A DNA stretch of 64,000 bases from an uncultured Gemmatimonadales bacterium (GCA_963828735.1 CAWHFW010000005.1:416001-480000); one strand, 5' to 3'. Counted from the first letter of the stretch, positions 39,136-48,636 are shown. Notes: generated by a model from the sequence alone, not told the origin. Program-made: numbers and translations.

Positions 39136-39636
39136 CTATCTCCCGACCCACCTCCGCACGCCTGCTACCTCATCGATCCGCTGCTCGAGCGCCGCGAGCT
39201 GCTCGGGCGCGCCCATGCATCCATGATCGTGTTCGATCCGCTTGGTGCGCCCATTCATCCGCACCTCCGTGATGACGGACGGCAAGTCGGTCGCGTAGCG
39301 CTCGCAGTCCGGCTCGCCCATCGCGTACCGGTCGGCGAAGGCGAACCACCCTGCCGCTTCGACCTCGCGGAAGAGGCTGTCGGCCCGCGCGGGCGGAATC
39401 GAGCCCGTATGCGCGCCGCTGTCGGCGACGAAACGCCGCCCCTCATAGGCGACCTCACCGGTGCGTTCGAGCGTGACCGTGTACACCGGACAGGCGCCGA
39501 AACATGGCCGCCGCTCCAGCGTGATGCGGCCGTCGGCCAGCGCCGGATCGGTCTGCGGCGGTGGTGCCGGCCGCTGACCGCACGCCGCGGCCACGGCGAT
39601 CAGAACAGACCAACGGACAGGCGCCAGCCGCATCAT
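39136..39636 (-). CDS. DUF6438-type lipoprotein
   Basis: VAAAC lipobox; LERRPCFGACPVYTVTL; ATGA overlap with upstream gene. Confidence 0.75.
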   Translation of the reverse strand: MMRLAPVRWSVLIAVAAACGQRPAPPPQTDPALADGRITLERRPCFGACPVYTVTLERTGEVAYEGRRFVADSGAHTGSIPPARADSLFREVEAAGWFAFADRYAMGEPDCERYATDLPSVITEVRMNGRTKRIEHDHGCMGAPEQLAALEQRIDEVAGVRRWVGR

Positions 39637-41792
39637 CGAGCCGGCACCGCGACACGCACCGAGCGTCCCACGACCCCGTTTGACAGCTGAACGTCGAGGC
39701 TGGTCCGGTCGGTCGCGACCTCCGCCGAGCCCCCGCTGGCGAACGAGAGCACCTGCCCCGTGCTCGGGTCCCGGACCATCACCATCGGGTGGGCCGAGGC
39801 ATCCCACCGGACCGACACCCGGCCCGCCGCCGAACGTGCGGTCCGCACATCGACCGGCGCGCCGGCGGAGGCGACCCCGCGAACGGACACCGACGGCCGC
39901 CCGGGGACACTGAGCCGGATCTCGTCGAGTCGTCCGGCCCGATCGGGCTGAAGCGGCACCGCGAATGCGAAGTGCCGACCGCCATTCGGATCGTCGGCGA
40001 CTTCCTGAGGCTCGAAGCTCACCTGGAACACCCGGTCCCCGGTAGCGTCGCGACCCTCGACGCTGTATGCGCCCGCTCTGGACGGCAGGCGCGGCCGGGT
40101 GACGACCTGGAAGGCCGGCTCGAGGACCGGCTGGCCGTTCTCGATGCGTCCCCATACGAGGAGACAGGGCTGCATCGCCTGCGCGAACGCCGAGGCGACA
40201 TCGGTCTGCGTCTCGCGCCAGTCGAGCACACCCTTGTAGGTGTAGTCGCTGATCCACTCGTTGTTGCAGTAGCCCATGACGTCCGTGAAGGTAGGCGGCT
40301 TGAGCGAGAGGATCGCCACATCGAGCCCGTAGGCGCCGATCGCGCCGCCCGCGTAGGGATAGTTCCCATCGGGGCCGGACGGATTGCCGCACGGCGCATG
40401 GCTCCGGCCCCAGTTGTGTCCCCACTCGTGCGCCGCGACTTGGTCCGCCCCGTTTTTGTCCCAGCCGATGGCGGTCTCCCCGCCGACGTACCCGATGCCC
40501 GCGACGCCGTTGCCGTAGGGCGGGCTCACGACGCCGAAGTAGTAGCGTGAGCTCGCGTCCGTGGCGCGCAGCGCATCCACCTGGCTCAGGATCGTGGTCC
40601 AGGCGTTGTTGTCGTTGCCCGCATCCAGCGCGGGCGCGGTCGTGGTGTAGGGCGCGCGGAGATCTGCGTCGTACGCCGCCAGCGGGTGCATCCTCATCGT
40701 CGCGGCGAGGAAGTCGTCCTTGTTGGCGTTGGTGACGTTGCCCTGCCGGCCATTCACGCTCTGCAGCACCGGCACGAACCGCACGCTGAAGGTGGGGCTC
40801 ACGTGCACGTCGAGCGGCAGCGGCGTACCGGCCGCCGGGAACTCGTTGTCGGTCTCGTCCGCCTCCGCCACCGAGTTGCCCGGATCCACGTCGGCGAGCA
40901 CCGCGAGGCCTGGCTGAATGAGCGTCCTGGACACGGCCACGTTCCATGACGAGCTCAGCGTCCCCTCGTCGGGAAAGAGCGGCACGGACGTGGAGGGAGG
41001 CGCGAGGGTGAGCGTCGATACCAACGAGGGGCCGTTGTAGAACCGCACCCGCACCTGGGGAGCAACGATGTTCGAGGCGTTGGCGGTAACGAACACACGC
41101 AGGTATCCGTCCCGGCCCTTCACCAGAGGCACGGTGCCGGTGTAGGTCTGGATGCTCTGCGTCAGGTAGAGCCCGTCGATACGCAGGTTGAACCCGCTGC
41201 CGGAACCCGCGGTATAGCTCACGTTGGAGGTCGCGTTGCCGCCCGCCCCCACGCTCACCACCTGGCTGCCCGGGCTCGGATTGTAAGTCGTGCCGCCGGG
41301 TGAGACGCTTTGCGCGGTGAGCGTGTACACCCCGGGGTCGAGGCCGATGCGTGTGGCGGTCGCGGTCACATCATCGGCGTACCCGTTCGGGCCGGCGACA
41401 TGGATCGCGGCTGTGGCGCCCGCCGGCAAGCCCGCCACGTTCACGGTGAGACTCCCGTCGGCCAGGCCGTAGACCACGTTCGCCGTCGCGGTCGAAGCGG
41501 ACACCGCCACGGTCTGGGTAGGCACCGTCGCCTGGTAGGACTGACCGCCGCTGCTCACCACGTCGGCCACCACCGTGTAGCTGCCCGACGCGAGGCCGCC
41601 CAGCGTCTCCGACGCGCTCAGGTCGTGGGCGTACCCATCGGGGCCGGTGACCGTGACGGCCGCATCGGCCCCGTTCGGCAGGCCCGTGACGCTGACCATC
41701 AGGCTGCCGACGCTCGGTTCGATTGGGTCACCTCCTGCACAGCCGACCAGCAGCACGAGGATGCCCGAGAGCAGTCGACGCGAGGCGATCAT
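39633..41792 (-). CDS. Lipoprotein zinc metallopeptidase (M66-like metzincin) with two N-terminal beta-rich repeats
   Basis: LVGC lipobox; HEWGHNWGRSH, Met-turn DVMGY; repeats GSLMVSVTGLP / GSLTVNVAGLP. Confidence 0.85.
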   Translation of the reverse strand: MIASRRLLSGILVLLVGCAGGDPIEPSVGSLMVSVTGLPNGADAAVTVTGPDGYAHDLSASETLGGLASGSYTVVADVVSSGGQSYQATVPTQTVAVSASTATANVVYGLADGSLTVNVAGLPAGATAAIHVAGPNGYADDVTATATRIGLDPGVYTLTAQSVSPGGTTYNPSPGSQVVSVGAGGNATSNVSYTAGSGSGFNLRIDGLYLTQSIQTYTGTVPLVKGRDGYLRVFVTANASNIVAPQVRVRFYNGPSLVSTLTLAPPSTSVPLFPDEGTLSSSWNVAVSRTLIQPGLAVLADVDPGNSVAEADETDNEFPAAGTPLPLDVHVSPTFSVRFVPVLQSVNGRQGNVTNANKDDFLAATMRMHPLAAYDADLRAPYTTTAPALDAGNDNNAWTTILSQVDALRATDASSRYYFGVVSPPYGNGVAGIGYVGGETAIGWDKNGADQVAAHEWGHNWGRSHAPCGNPSGPDGNYPYAGGAIGAYGLDVAILSLKPPTFTDVMGYCNNEWISDYTYKGVLDWRETQTDVASAFAQAMQPCLLVWGRIENGQPVLEPAFQVVTRPRLPSRAGAYSVEGRDATGDRVFQVSFEPQEVADDPNGGRHFAFAVPLQPDRAGRLDEIRLSVPGRPSVSVRGVASAGAPVDVRTARSAAGRVSVRWDASAHPMVMVRDPSTGQVLSFASGGSAEVATDRTSLDVQLSNGVVGRSVRVAVPAR

Positions 41793-42157
41793 GCGGCCTT
41801 CCGACAAGCGGTGGACGATGGATGACGTGGAAGCGTGCGAGGCCAGCGTTTCTGCCGCCGCGTGGCGAACCGCAGGGCCACCGGCGCGATCCTACATGGC
41901 GTAATTCCAGGCAAGTCCCTGCCTCAGCGAGGCTTGGCCGGAAGGACGCGAGGCACCGTCACCGCGTGCGGCAACAGGCGCGCCAAGGTGACGAAGTCAT
42001 TGCGACAGAACACAGGCAACAGAACACAGATAATGGAAGGACGCCCAGAGTGCACTTTCTGTCACTCAGAGGCCGGACTAGAGGCATTCATGGCGGCACA
42101 CGGAGCGCGCGGGCCAGGGGTACCGAGCGCGCCGCGCGCAGCTTGGGCTGTGGCAGG

Positions 42158-42745
42158 CTATGACGCGCGCGCCAGTCCCCGGCCAACCCGCGCCGCCCGC
42201 ACGTGCGCGAGCAGGTGAGTTCCATCGGATCGAAAGCACGGAAACAGATTGAGGTAGCCCGTGAGGTTGCAGGCGATGGCGATCAGCAGCAGATCGCCCA
42301 GCGTGGTGCCGAGGGCGGGTTGGCCCATCCAATCCCACCATCCGGACAGCAGCAGCGCGCCGGCGAGGTTGCTCAGGCCCCCGGCCGCGGAGATGATGGG
42401 TGCCCGCCAGGCCTCCGGCCCCCACTCGAACCGCCAGCGGCCTCCCACGATGTCTCGATATCCGATGGCAGATGCGTCCTCATCGAGTAGCTGGACGGCG
42501 CCGACAAACGGCAGCAATGCCAGATGCACCCGGCAATCCGCGATCGTGCCGCGCCAGAGGATAGGACCGACGCCCAGGCGGACGCCCCAGATACGGACGC
42601 CAACCAGCAGCGCGGCGCAGGCGTGGCCCAGCTCGTGGAACAACAACGCGATCCAGGAGGCCGCGACGGCGGCCAGAACGGTGTTCGCCACCTGCCCCAG
42701 GATGGCGCCGAACAACGGGTCGATCTCCATCACGTGCGCGTGCAT
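42158..42745 (-). CDS. Site-2 protease (M50) family membrane metallopeptidase
   Basis: HELGH, AAGGLSN, NLFP..SDG; GGAGG RBS. Confidence 0.8.
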   Translation of the reverse strand: MHAHVMEIDPLFGAILGQVANTVLAAVAASWIALLFHELGHACAALLVGVRIWGVRLGVGPILWRGTIADCRVHLALLPFVGAVQLLDEDASAIGYRDIVGGRWRFEWGPEAWRAPIISAAGGLSNLAGALLLSGWWDWMGQPALGTTLGDLLLIAIACNLTGYLNLFPCFRSDGTHLLAHVRAARVGRGLARAS

Positions 42746-42959
42746 TCGTTCGAACCTCCACGTCCTTTCGGCGCATCACGTTCAACGCTGAACCTGGGAG
42801 CTCCGACTCTCTTCAGCGTAATCCAATTCGCGCGGGCCTCGCCGGGTTCCAACTCACACCGCGTGGCGTCCACGAGGGGTCACGTCGTCTCGGACGATCG
42901 ACCCTCCGGGCTGGAACTCGTCGCTCGGCAGTCCGCGGGGTGAGCCTGATCACACTGGT

Positions 42960-42988
42960 TTGACGCGCGGCTCGTTATCTAGTACCGT
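42960..42988 (+). promoter_or_regulatory. Candidate sigma70 promoter TTGACG-N17-TACCGT
   Basis: Consensus-like hexamers with 17-nt spacer, 16 nt before ATG 43005. Confidence 0.6.
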
Positions 42989-43004
42989 CCCATTGGAGAC
43001 AATC

Positions 43005-43349
43005 ATGGACGACTTTGAAGCGCAGACGTACTGCCAGCGTGCGCAACTCGAGCTGGTGGCCCTGATCATGCATCAGCGCAGGCCGCGCGGCCGGTTGCGC
43101 CGGGATCCTGTGTTGCTGCGGCGCTTCATCTCGGTCGTGCTCGGCGGGGGACCGCCCGCGCACCTGCTGCAGGGTGGCCCATGGAAGATCGGAACCAAGC
43201 CGCTCAAGAAGCCCGGACGCGGCGGACTGGACTTCATCCCGCTCGTCCAGCGCGGCGACACCACGATCATGGTCTCGACGCCGCAGGAGGCCGAGGACAT
43301 GGTCGCATTCCTCAACTATTGCGGGATGGACGAGTTCTCCGGCCGCTGA
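43005..43349 (+). CDS. Hypothetical protein
   Basis: GGAGA RBS and promoter upstream; no recognised domain. Confidence 0.65.
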   Translation: MDDFEAQTYCQRAQLELVALIMHQRRPRGRLRRDPVLLRRFISVVLGGGPPAHLLQGGPWKIGTKPLKKPGRGGLDFIPLVQRGDTTIMVSTPQEAEDMVAFLNYCGMDEFSGR

Positions 43350-43354
43350 TCTGC

Positions 43355-43383
43355 TTGACCGCATCGCCCCAGCTTCCTACGTT
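43355..43383 (+). promoter_or_regulatory. Candidate sigma70 promoter TTGACC-N17-TACGTT
   Basis: Consensus-like hexamers, 17-nt spacer, directly upstream of the riboswitch. Confidence 0.7.
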
Positions 43384-43399
43384 GGAACCACTACCTCAA

Positions 43400-43498
43400 A
43401 GTGAAACGCATACCCGGCGAAAGCCGGTGACGCAAAGCCACGGGTCCTCGACGCCCGCAGGGATCTCCCTGCGAGCACCACGACCGCCGAGCTACCGC
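43400..43498 (+). ncRNA. GEMM-I / c-di-GMP-I class riboswitch aptamer (variant)
   Basis: GCATAC-CCGGC-GAAA-GCCGG-T-GACGCAAAGC..CGGGTC..GAC.GCCGAGCTACC follows the GEMM-I architecture; in a 5' UTR. Confidence 0.85.
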
Positions 43499-43582
43499 AG
43501 ACTCGCTCGCCGAACGTGCGCCCGAGCGAGCCGAGGCGTTTGGTCCCTGCACGCAATTCTCCCCAGCGGAAAGGATGCGGAC

Positions 43583-44404
43583 ATGTGGTGTCTCGCACGC
43601 GGGCGTGCCGCGGCGTGGGCCGCGGCCTTCGCGATGGTGCTGGCGATCGGCGGTTGCAGCGACGACAGTGAGGACAATGGCTCGGTGGGACCGGACGCGA
43701 GTCCGAACCTCCCGACGCTGGATCAGGTCAAGGCGCTCCTCGATCCGATCGTGGACTCGGCCAACAACGGAGGGTTCAACCTCCAGATGTGGGCCACGAT
43801 CGTGGATCGAAGCGGCATCGTTCGCGTCGTCACCTTCTCGGGCACCGCCGAGGACGATCAGTGGCCCGCCTCCCGGGTCATCTCCGCCCAGAAGGCGAAC
43901 ACGGCGAACAGTCTCAGCCTGGACGGGCTGGCGCTTTCCACCGCGAATCTCTACAGCGCCGTTCAGCCGGGCGGGAGCCTTTTCGGCCTGCAGGAGAGCA
44001 ACCCCGTAAATCCGGACGTCGCGTACGGCGGAAACGCCGACGACTACGGGACGGCCAACGACTTCATGCTGGGGAAGCGAATCGGCGGAGTGAACGTGTT
44101 CGGCGGAGGACTGGCGCTCTACGACGTCAGCGGGCAGGTCATCGGCGCCCTCGGCTTGAGCGGGGACACCTCGTGCGCCGACCATACCATCGCGTGGAAG
44201 CTGCGGCACGCGCTGCTGCTCGACTACGTCCCGGGAGGCGTCGACCCCGCCAGCGGCACCGACAACATCGTGTTCGACATCGACGGCAGCGGCCAGAGCG
44301 CCAGCGGATGGGGACATCCCACCTGCCCGCCGGATCCGGCGGCGGTCGTCGCGATCGGGGAAGCCCTCCCGGTCACCCACCCGGTCAGAACCTCGACACC
44401 CTAG
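43583..44404 (+). CDS. GlcG/HbpS-type (haem-binding family) exported lipoprotein
   Basis: IGGC lipobox; TIVDRSG, ISAQKANTA, VFGGGLAL, IGALGLSGD. Confidence 0.8.
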   Translation: MWCLARGRAAAWAAAFAMVLAIGGCSDDSEDNGSVGPDASPNLPTLDQVKALLDPIVDSANNGGFNLQMWATIVDRSGIVRVVTFSGTAEDDQWPASRVISAQKANTANSLSLDGLALSTANLYSAVQPGGSLFGLQESNPVNPDVAYGGNADDYGTANDFMLGKRIGGVNVFGGGLALYDVSGQVIGALGLSGDTSCADHTIAWKLRHALLLDYVPGGVDPASGTDNIVFDIDGSGQSASGWGHPTCPPDPAAVVAIGEALPVTHPVRTSTP

Positions 44405-44410
44405 CCGCGA

Positions 44411-44441
44411 TCGCGGGGCCTCGCCTCAGGAGGCCCCGCGA
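44411..44441. terminator. 12-bp perfect hairpin between convergent genes
   Basis: TCGCGGGGCCTC / GAGGCCCCGCGA, 7-nt loop; no U-tract. Confidence 0.55.
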
Positions 44442-44457
44442 CGCCCCGGAGAGCGGC

Positions 44458-44982
44458 TCAGCCGCCTCCGGCGGACTCCGACCGCCCGCCGCCCTGCTCC
44501 GCCAGCGCGGATTCGAGCCGACCGATCAGCTCCGCCTGGGCCGGGTTCATGCGTCCTCGCGCCGTCTCCGGATCGAACCACGCGCACCGGTCCACCTCGG
44601 GGTACGTCACCCAGCGTCCCGAGCCCGGTGGCCACTCGACTCGCGCCATGTTGCTGACGATGGCGCTGGCGTCCGCATCGCCCTCCCACGCCCAGGCATG
44701 CACCACCTTTCCCGCCTTCTGTCGAACGCTGCCGAGGGCGAGGAATGGACCCACGGGACGGATGCCGGTCTCCTCCACGAACTCTCGGCGCGCGGCGTCG
44801 AGCAGCTCCTCGCCCTCGTCCACGATGCCCTTCGGAATCGTCCAGGCGCCGGCGTCCCGGTCGCGCCAGAACGGGCCGCCCGGATGGGCCAACAGCACCT
44901 CGAGCCCGTGCCCGCCTCTGCGGTAGAGCAGCAGGCCGGCGCTCACGTTGGGACGGCGGCGGCGCGGAGCGGACTCACTCAA
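44458..44982 (-). CDS. NUDIX family hydrolase
   Basis: SAGLLLYR, HPGGPFW, WTIPKG..AARREFVEETG. Confidence 0.9.
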   Translation of the reverse strand: MSESAPRRRRPNVSAGLLLYRRGGHGLEVLLAHPGGPFWRDRDAGAWTIPKGIVDEGEELLDAARREFVEETGIRPVGPFLALGSVRQKAGKVVHAWAWEGDADASAIVSNMARVEWPPGSGRWVTYPEVDRCAWFDPETARGRMNPAQAELIGRLESALAEQGGGRSESAGGG

Positions 44983-46610
44983 TGCGCATCCCTCGGCGGC
45001 GCCGCGCCGCCCGTGTGACGTCGCAGCAGCAGAATCGCGGGCGAAACCACGAGGAAGCTGATCAGGAGCAGCATCCAGGCGTTGTTATAGCTCAGCATCG
45101 CCGCCTGACGCGAAACTTCCTGGTCGAGCAGCGCGAGAGCGGCCCGATGGGCCGCGTCGGGGCCATAGCCATGCGCCACCAGGGTGGCGGTGAGCGCCTG
45201 AATCCGCTCCTCCAGCAGCCGCTGTCCGGGATAGACGTTCGTCAGCAGGTCCACTCGGTGGTACTGGTTGTGGACGGTGAGATAGGTCGCGAGGATGGCG
45301 ATGCCGAACGAGCCGCCGAGCTGCCGCGCGAGGTTGATGAGTCCCGCCGCCTGCTGGGCCTCGCTCGGCTTGAGGCTGGCGTAGGCGACGTTGTTGATCG
45401 GCGTGAACAGGAAGCCGAGCCCGGCGCCGCGCACGATGAGCGCGAACCGCACGTCGGGCTCGCCCGCTGCCGTCGTGAGGTGGCCCAGGTCCCACATCGC
45501 GGACACGAAGATCGCGACGCCGATCGCGATGAGGATCCGCGGGTCGACCAACGGCCGCGGGCCGTTGAGCAGGCGCCCGCAGATGAGCGCGGTGGCCGCG
45601 GTCGCGAGACCGCCCGGTAGCAGGGCGAGCCCGGTCTCCGTGGGCGTGAAGTGGAGGATGGTCTGCGTGAACAGCGGAAAGATGAACACGCCGCCGTAGA
45701 GGCCGAACCCGAGCGCCACGAACAGGAAGATGGACGCGGCCAGCTCGCGGTTCTTGAGCACCCGGAAGTTCACCACGGGGTGCGTGTTGCGCGGCGTGAG
45801 CTCCCACCAGACCATGGTGATCAGGCACCCGGCCGCCACGATCGCCAGACGGAGGATCAGCGGGTCGGAGAACCAGTCGTCCTGATTGCCCTCCTCGAGC
45901 ACATACTGAAGCGCGCCGAGGCCCACCGTGAGCAGGCTTATGCCGAGCCAGTCGACCCGTCCCGCCCGGCGCGTCTGGCCCGGCGGATCCTTGAGAAACG
46001 TCGTCACCAGGAAGGTCGCCGCGATGGCGATCGGCACGTTGATGAAGAAGCACCAGTTCCAGGTGTAGTTGTCCGTGATCCAGCCACCGAGCGTGGGCCC
46101 CAGGGTCGGCGCGACGATGATACCCAGCAGGAAGATGGCCTGAACCAGGCCCTGCTGTTCTCGCGGGAAGATCTGCCGAATGGTGGCCTGGGCCGTGGAG
46201 AGCAACGCCGCGCCGCCCGCGCCCTGGACGATGCGCCAGATGACGAGCTCGACCAGCGAGTGGGAGGTGCCGCAGAGAAACGAGGCGACCGCGAACAGGA
46301 TGATCGAGGCGGTCAGGTAGCGCCGGCGGCCGAACCGCTCGGTGAAGAACGCGGTCATCGGGAGCACGACCACGTTGGACAGGATGTACCCGGTGCTCAC
46401 CCAGCTGATCTCCTGCTGGGTCGCTCCCAGATTGCCGGCCATCTGCGGCAACGCCACGTTCACGATCGTGGTGTCGAGCACCTCCATGATGGCGGCGGTG
46501 ATGAGACCGAGGAGGATGAGCCAGCGGGTGCTCCCGATGCGCTCGGCTTCGTCGTCGTGGGGGGCCGGCCTGGCCGTGGGCTGCGGTTTTTCGATGGCGT
46601 CCGTGGTCAC
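44979..46610 (-). CDS. DHA2 (EmrB/QacA) MFS efflux transporter
   Basis: EVLDTTIVNVALP, WVSTGY, APTLGPTLGG, FFINVP. Confidence 0.93.
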   Translation of the reverse strand: MTTDAIEKPQPTARPAPHDDEAERIGSTRWLILLGLITAAIMEVLDTTIVNVALPQMAGNLGATQQEISWVSTGYILSNVVVLPMTAFFTERFGRRRYLTASIILFAVASFLCGTSHSLVELVIWRIVQGAGGAALLSTAQATIRQIFPREQQGLVQAIFLLGIIVAPTLGPTLGGWITDNYTWNWCFFINVPIAIAATFLVTTFLKDPPGQTRRAGRVDWLGISLLTVGLGALQYVLEEGNQDDWFSDPLILRLAIVAAGCLITMVWWELTPRNTHPVVNFRVLKNRELAASIFLFVALGFGLYGGVFIFPLFTQTILHFTPTETGLALLPGGLATAATALICGRLLNGPRPLVDPRILIAIGVAIFVSAMWDLGHLTTAAGEPDVRFALIVRGAGLGFLFTPINNVAYASLKPSEAQQAAGLINLARQLGGSFGIAILATYLTVHNQYHRVDLLTNVYPGQRLLEERIQALTATLVAHGYGPDAAHRAALALLDQEVSRQAAMLSYNNAWMLLLISFLVVSPAILLLRRHTGGAAPPRDAH

Positions 46611-46682
46611 GTACCATCCGGTCGTTGGGCGTCTTGGACCGGAAAACTAGTCGGGGTCTGCAGCGACGGTGGCCCGGCGAGG

Positions 46683-47156
46683 TCAGCGTGGCCAGGCCCC
46701 CAGCAGCCGGCGCGCCACGATCAGCTCACCGAGATGGAAGGCCGTGTGGTCGAGGACCAGCAGGATCTCGCGCAGATATGTCTGCCCGCTCCCGTGCGGG
46801 ATGGTGGCCGCGAGGTCGATGGAGGTGTCGCGCGCCAGCGCCTGAAGCGCGGCGCGATCCTCCCCGACCTTCCGCACACTCGTGTCCCAGGCGGCCTCCG
46901 ACGGTGGGGCCGGCGACTTCGGCCAGTAGTCGTCCGGCCAGGTGATCTCCTCATAGTCCGGGTTGCGGCAGAAATCCAGGATGTCGTGCTGAGTAATCCG
47001 AATGTGCTCGAGGAGCTGCCAGGGCGAATAGGGCAGTCCGGCCGGCGTGCGGCTGCGGAGCGGCGGCGCGAGGTCGGCGACCGCGTCATCGAACGTCATA
47101 TGGGCCTCGCCCCATGCGAGGCTTCGGGCGAGATGGTCTCGAAAGTCCTGGTCCAC
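46683..47156 (-). CDS. DinB family protein
   Basis: EAH, SPWQLLEHIR, DHTAFHLGE. Confidence 0.85.
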   Translation of the reverse strand: MDQDFRDHLARSLAWGEAHMTFDDAVADLAPPLRSRTPAGLPYSPWQLLEHIRITQHDILDFCRNPDYEEITWPDDYWPKSPAPPSEAAWDTSVRKVGEDRAALQALARDTSIDLAATIPHGSGQTYLREILLVLDHTAFHLGELIVARRLLGAWPR

Positions 47157-47176
47157 GGTGGGGGGTTCCGCCTCTC

Positions 47177-47205
47177 TTGTGCTTCGGGTTTTGTTCGGGT
47201 ACTCT
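47177..47205 (+). promoter_or_regulatory. Candidate promoter TTGTGC-N17-TACTCT containing a TTCGGGT direct repeat (11-nt period)
   Basis: Seen directly upstream of the radical SAM gene. Confidence 0.5.
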
Positions 47206-47234
47206 AGTGCAGGTCCCAGACCGGAGGAAGCCCG

Positions 47235-48497
47235 ATGCTGCACGTGCCCGACTTGGAGCGAAAGCTCGACACCCTGATCACCTTGGCCCAGGACGACCGG
47301 GAGGGGCCGCCAACCCCGCCCCGCCTCCGCCACGCGCGGCAGTCCGGCGCGCTCGGGCCGCTCAACATTCGTCGCCTCCGGTCCGGCGGACGGGAAACGC
47401 GTCTGCTGCGAATCTTGATGACGAACGCGTGCAGCTACAACTGCCACTACTGCCCCATGCGCCGGGACCGCAACATGCCGCGCACGCTGCTCAAGCCCGA
47501 GGAGCTGGTGCGCATCTTTCTTGGCGCCCTGCGGCGCGGCTGGGTGGACGGACTCTTCGTCACCACGGGCATTCCGAGCAACCCCGTGAAGGTGATGGAC
47601 AACCTCATCGCGGCCCTCGAGCTCCTCCGCGAGCGCCACGGGTTCACGGGGTATATCCACGTCAAGCTGGTCGCCGGCGCGGAGCCGGCGCAGATCGAGC
47701 GCCTTACCGCGCTCGCGAGCCGGGTGTCACTCAACCTCGAGGCCCCGTGCGGACAGAGCCTGTCGCGCATCGCGCCGGAGAAGAGCCTGCCCGTCGCCAT
47801 CGAAAATCTCGAGCGTGTGCGCGCTCTGGTGCTCGAGGAGCGCACGGCCCGGGCCCATGGCCGGCCGGGGGATCCGCTGCACCCCGGTGGGGTCGCGGGC
47901 ATCACGATGCAGTTCGTCGTGGGCGCCACGCCGGACACCGATCGCACGCTCATCGAGACGGTAGGCCGGCTGCAGGCCCGCGGTGGCATCCACCACGCGC
48001 ACTTCGCGGCGTTTCGCCCGATCAAGGACACGCCGATGGAGGGGGTGCCGGCGGCGCCGGCGCTCCGCGAGCACCGGCTGTATCAGGCAGACTATCTGCT
48101 CCACGACTACGGCTTCGGCGCGGAGGAGGTCGTGTTCGAGCCCACCGGCAATCTGCCGCTCGGCGTGGATCCGAAGACCGCGTGGGCCCTGGCGCATCCC
48201 GAGCGATTTCCGGTCGAGGTCACACGCGCGGACCGGGAGACGCTGCTCCGGGTGCCCGGCATCGGCCCGGTGGCCGCGCGCCGGCTCGTCACCGAGCGCA
48301 GCGGCGTCACGCTTCGCGGGCTCGCGGACCTGCGGGGACTCGGCGTGGTCACGACGCGCGCCGCGGGATTCCTGACGCTGCGCGGACGGAAACTGCAGAC
48401 CACTCGGTGGACCGAGCAGCTCGGCTTCTGGGCGCCGGAGGAGGAGGCGGGGCGCTATCACCTGACCTATGAGGTGAGCCCCGGGACGTTCCGGTAA
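47235..48497 (+). CDS. Putative DNA modification/repair radical SAM protein with helix-hairpin-helix (TIGR03916-like)
   Basis: CSYNCHYC, FTGYIHVK, REHRLYQADYL, LLRVPGIGP; GGAGG RBS. Confidence 0.88.
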   Translation: MLHVPDLERKLDTLITLAQDDREGPPTPPRLRHARQSGALGPLNIRRLRSGGRETRLLRILMTNACSYNCHYCPMRRDRNMPRTLLKPEELVRIFLGALRRGWVDGLFVTTGIPSNPVKVMDNLIAALELLRERHGFTGYIHVKLVAGAEPAQIERLTALASRVSLNLEAPCGQSLSRIAPEKSLPVAIENLERVRALVLEERTARAHGRPGDPLHPGGVAGITMQFVVGATPDTDRTLIETVGRLQARGGIHHAHFAAFRPIKDTPMEGVPAAPALREHRLYQADYLLHDYGFGAEEVVFEPTGNLPLGVDPKTAWALAHPERFPVEVTRADRETLLRVPGIGPVAARRLVTERSGVTLRGLADLRGLGVVTTRAAGFLTLRGRKLQTTRWTEQLGFWAPEEEAGRYHLTYEVSPGTFR

Positions 48498-48600
48498 CCG
48501 GGGATGATGCCTCCCGCACGCGGTCATTCCTGGCGGAGCATCGCTCCCGGGGCAGGCCGTCCGGTTCGATGAACCGGGAACTTCGCGGCGAGACCCGGGG

Positions 48601-48636
48601 TTGACACGGTGGAAGGAGTTCGATAACCATTGAACT
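48601..48636 (+). promoter_or_regulatory. TTGACA promoter with overlapping palindromic operator AGTTCGAT-AACC-ATTGAACT
   Basis: Perfect -35 at 48601; near-perfect inverted repeat 48617..48636 abutting the GTG start. Confidence 0.7.

Noticed and set aside
42785..42955. Resemblance to c-di-AMP (CGCTGAA) or TPP (CCTGATC) riboswitch words
   Set aside because: The other conserved blocks of those aptamers are absent
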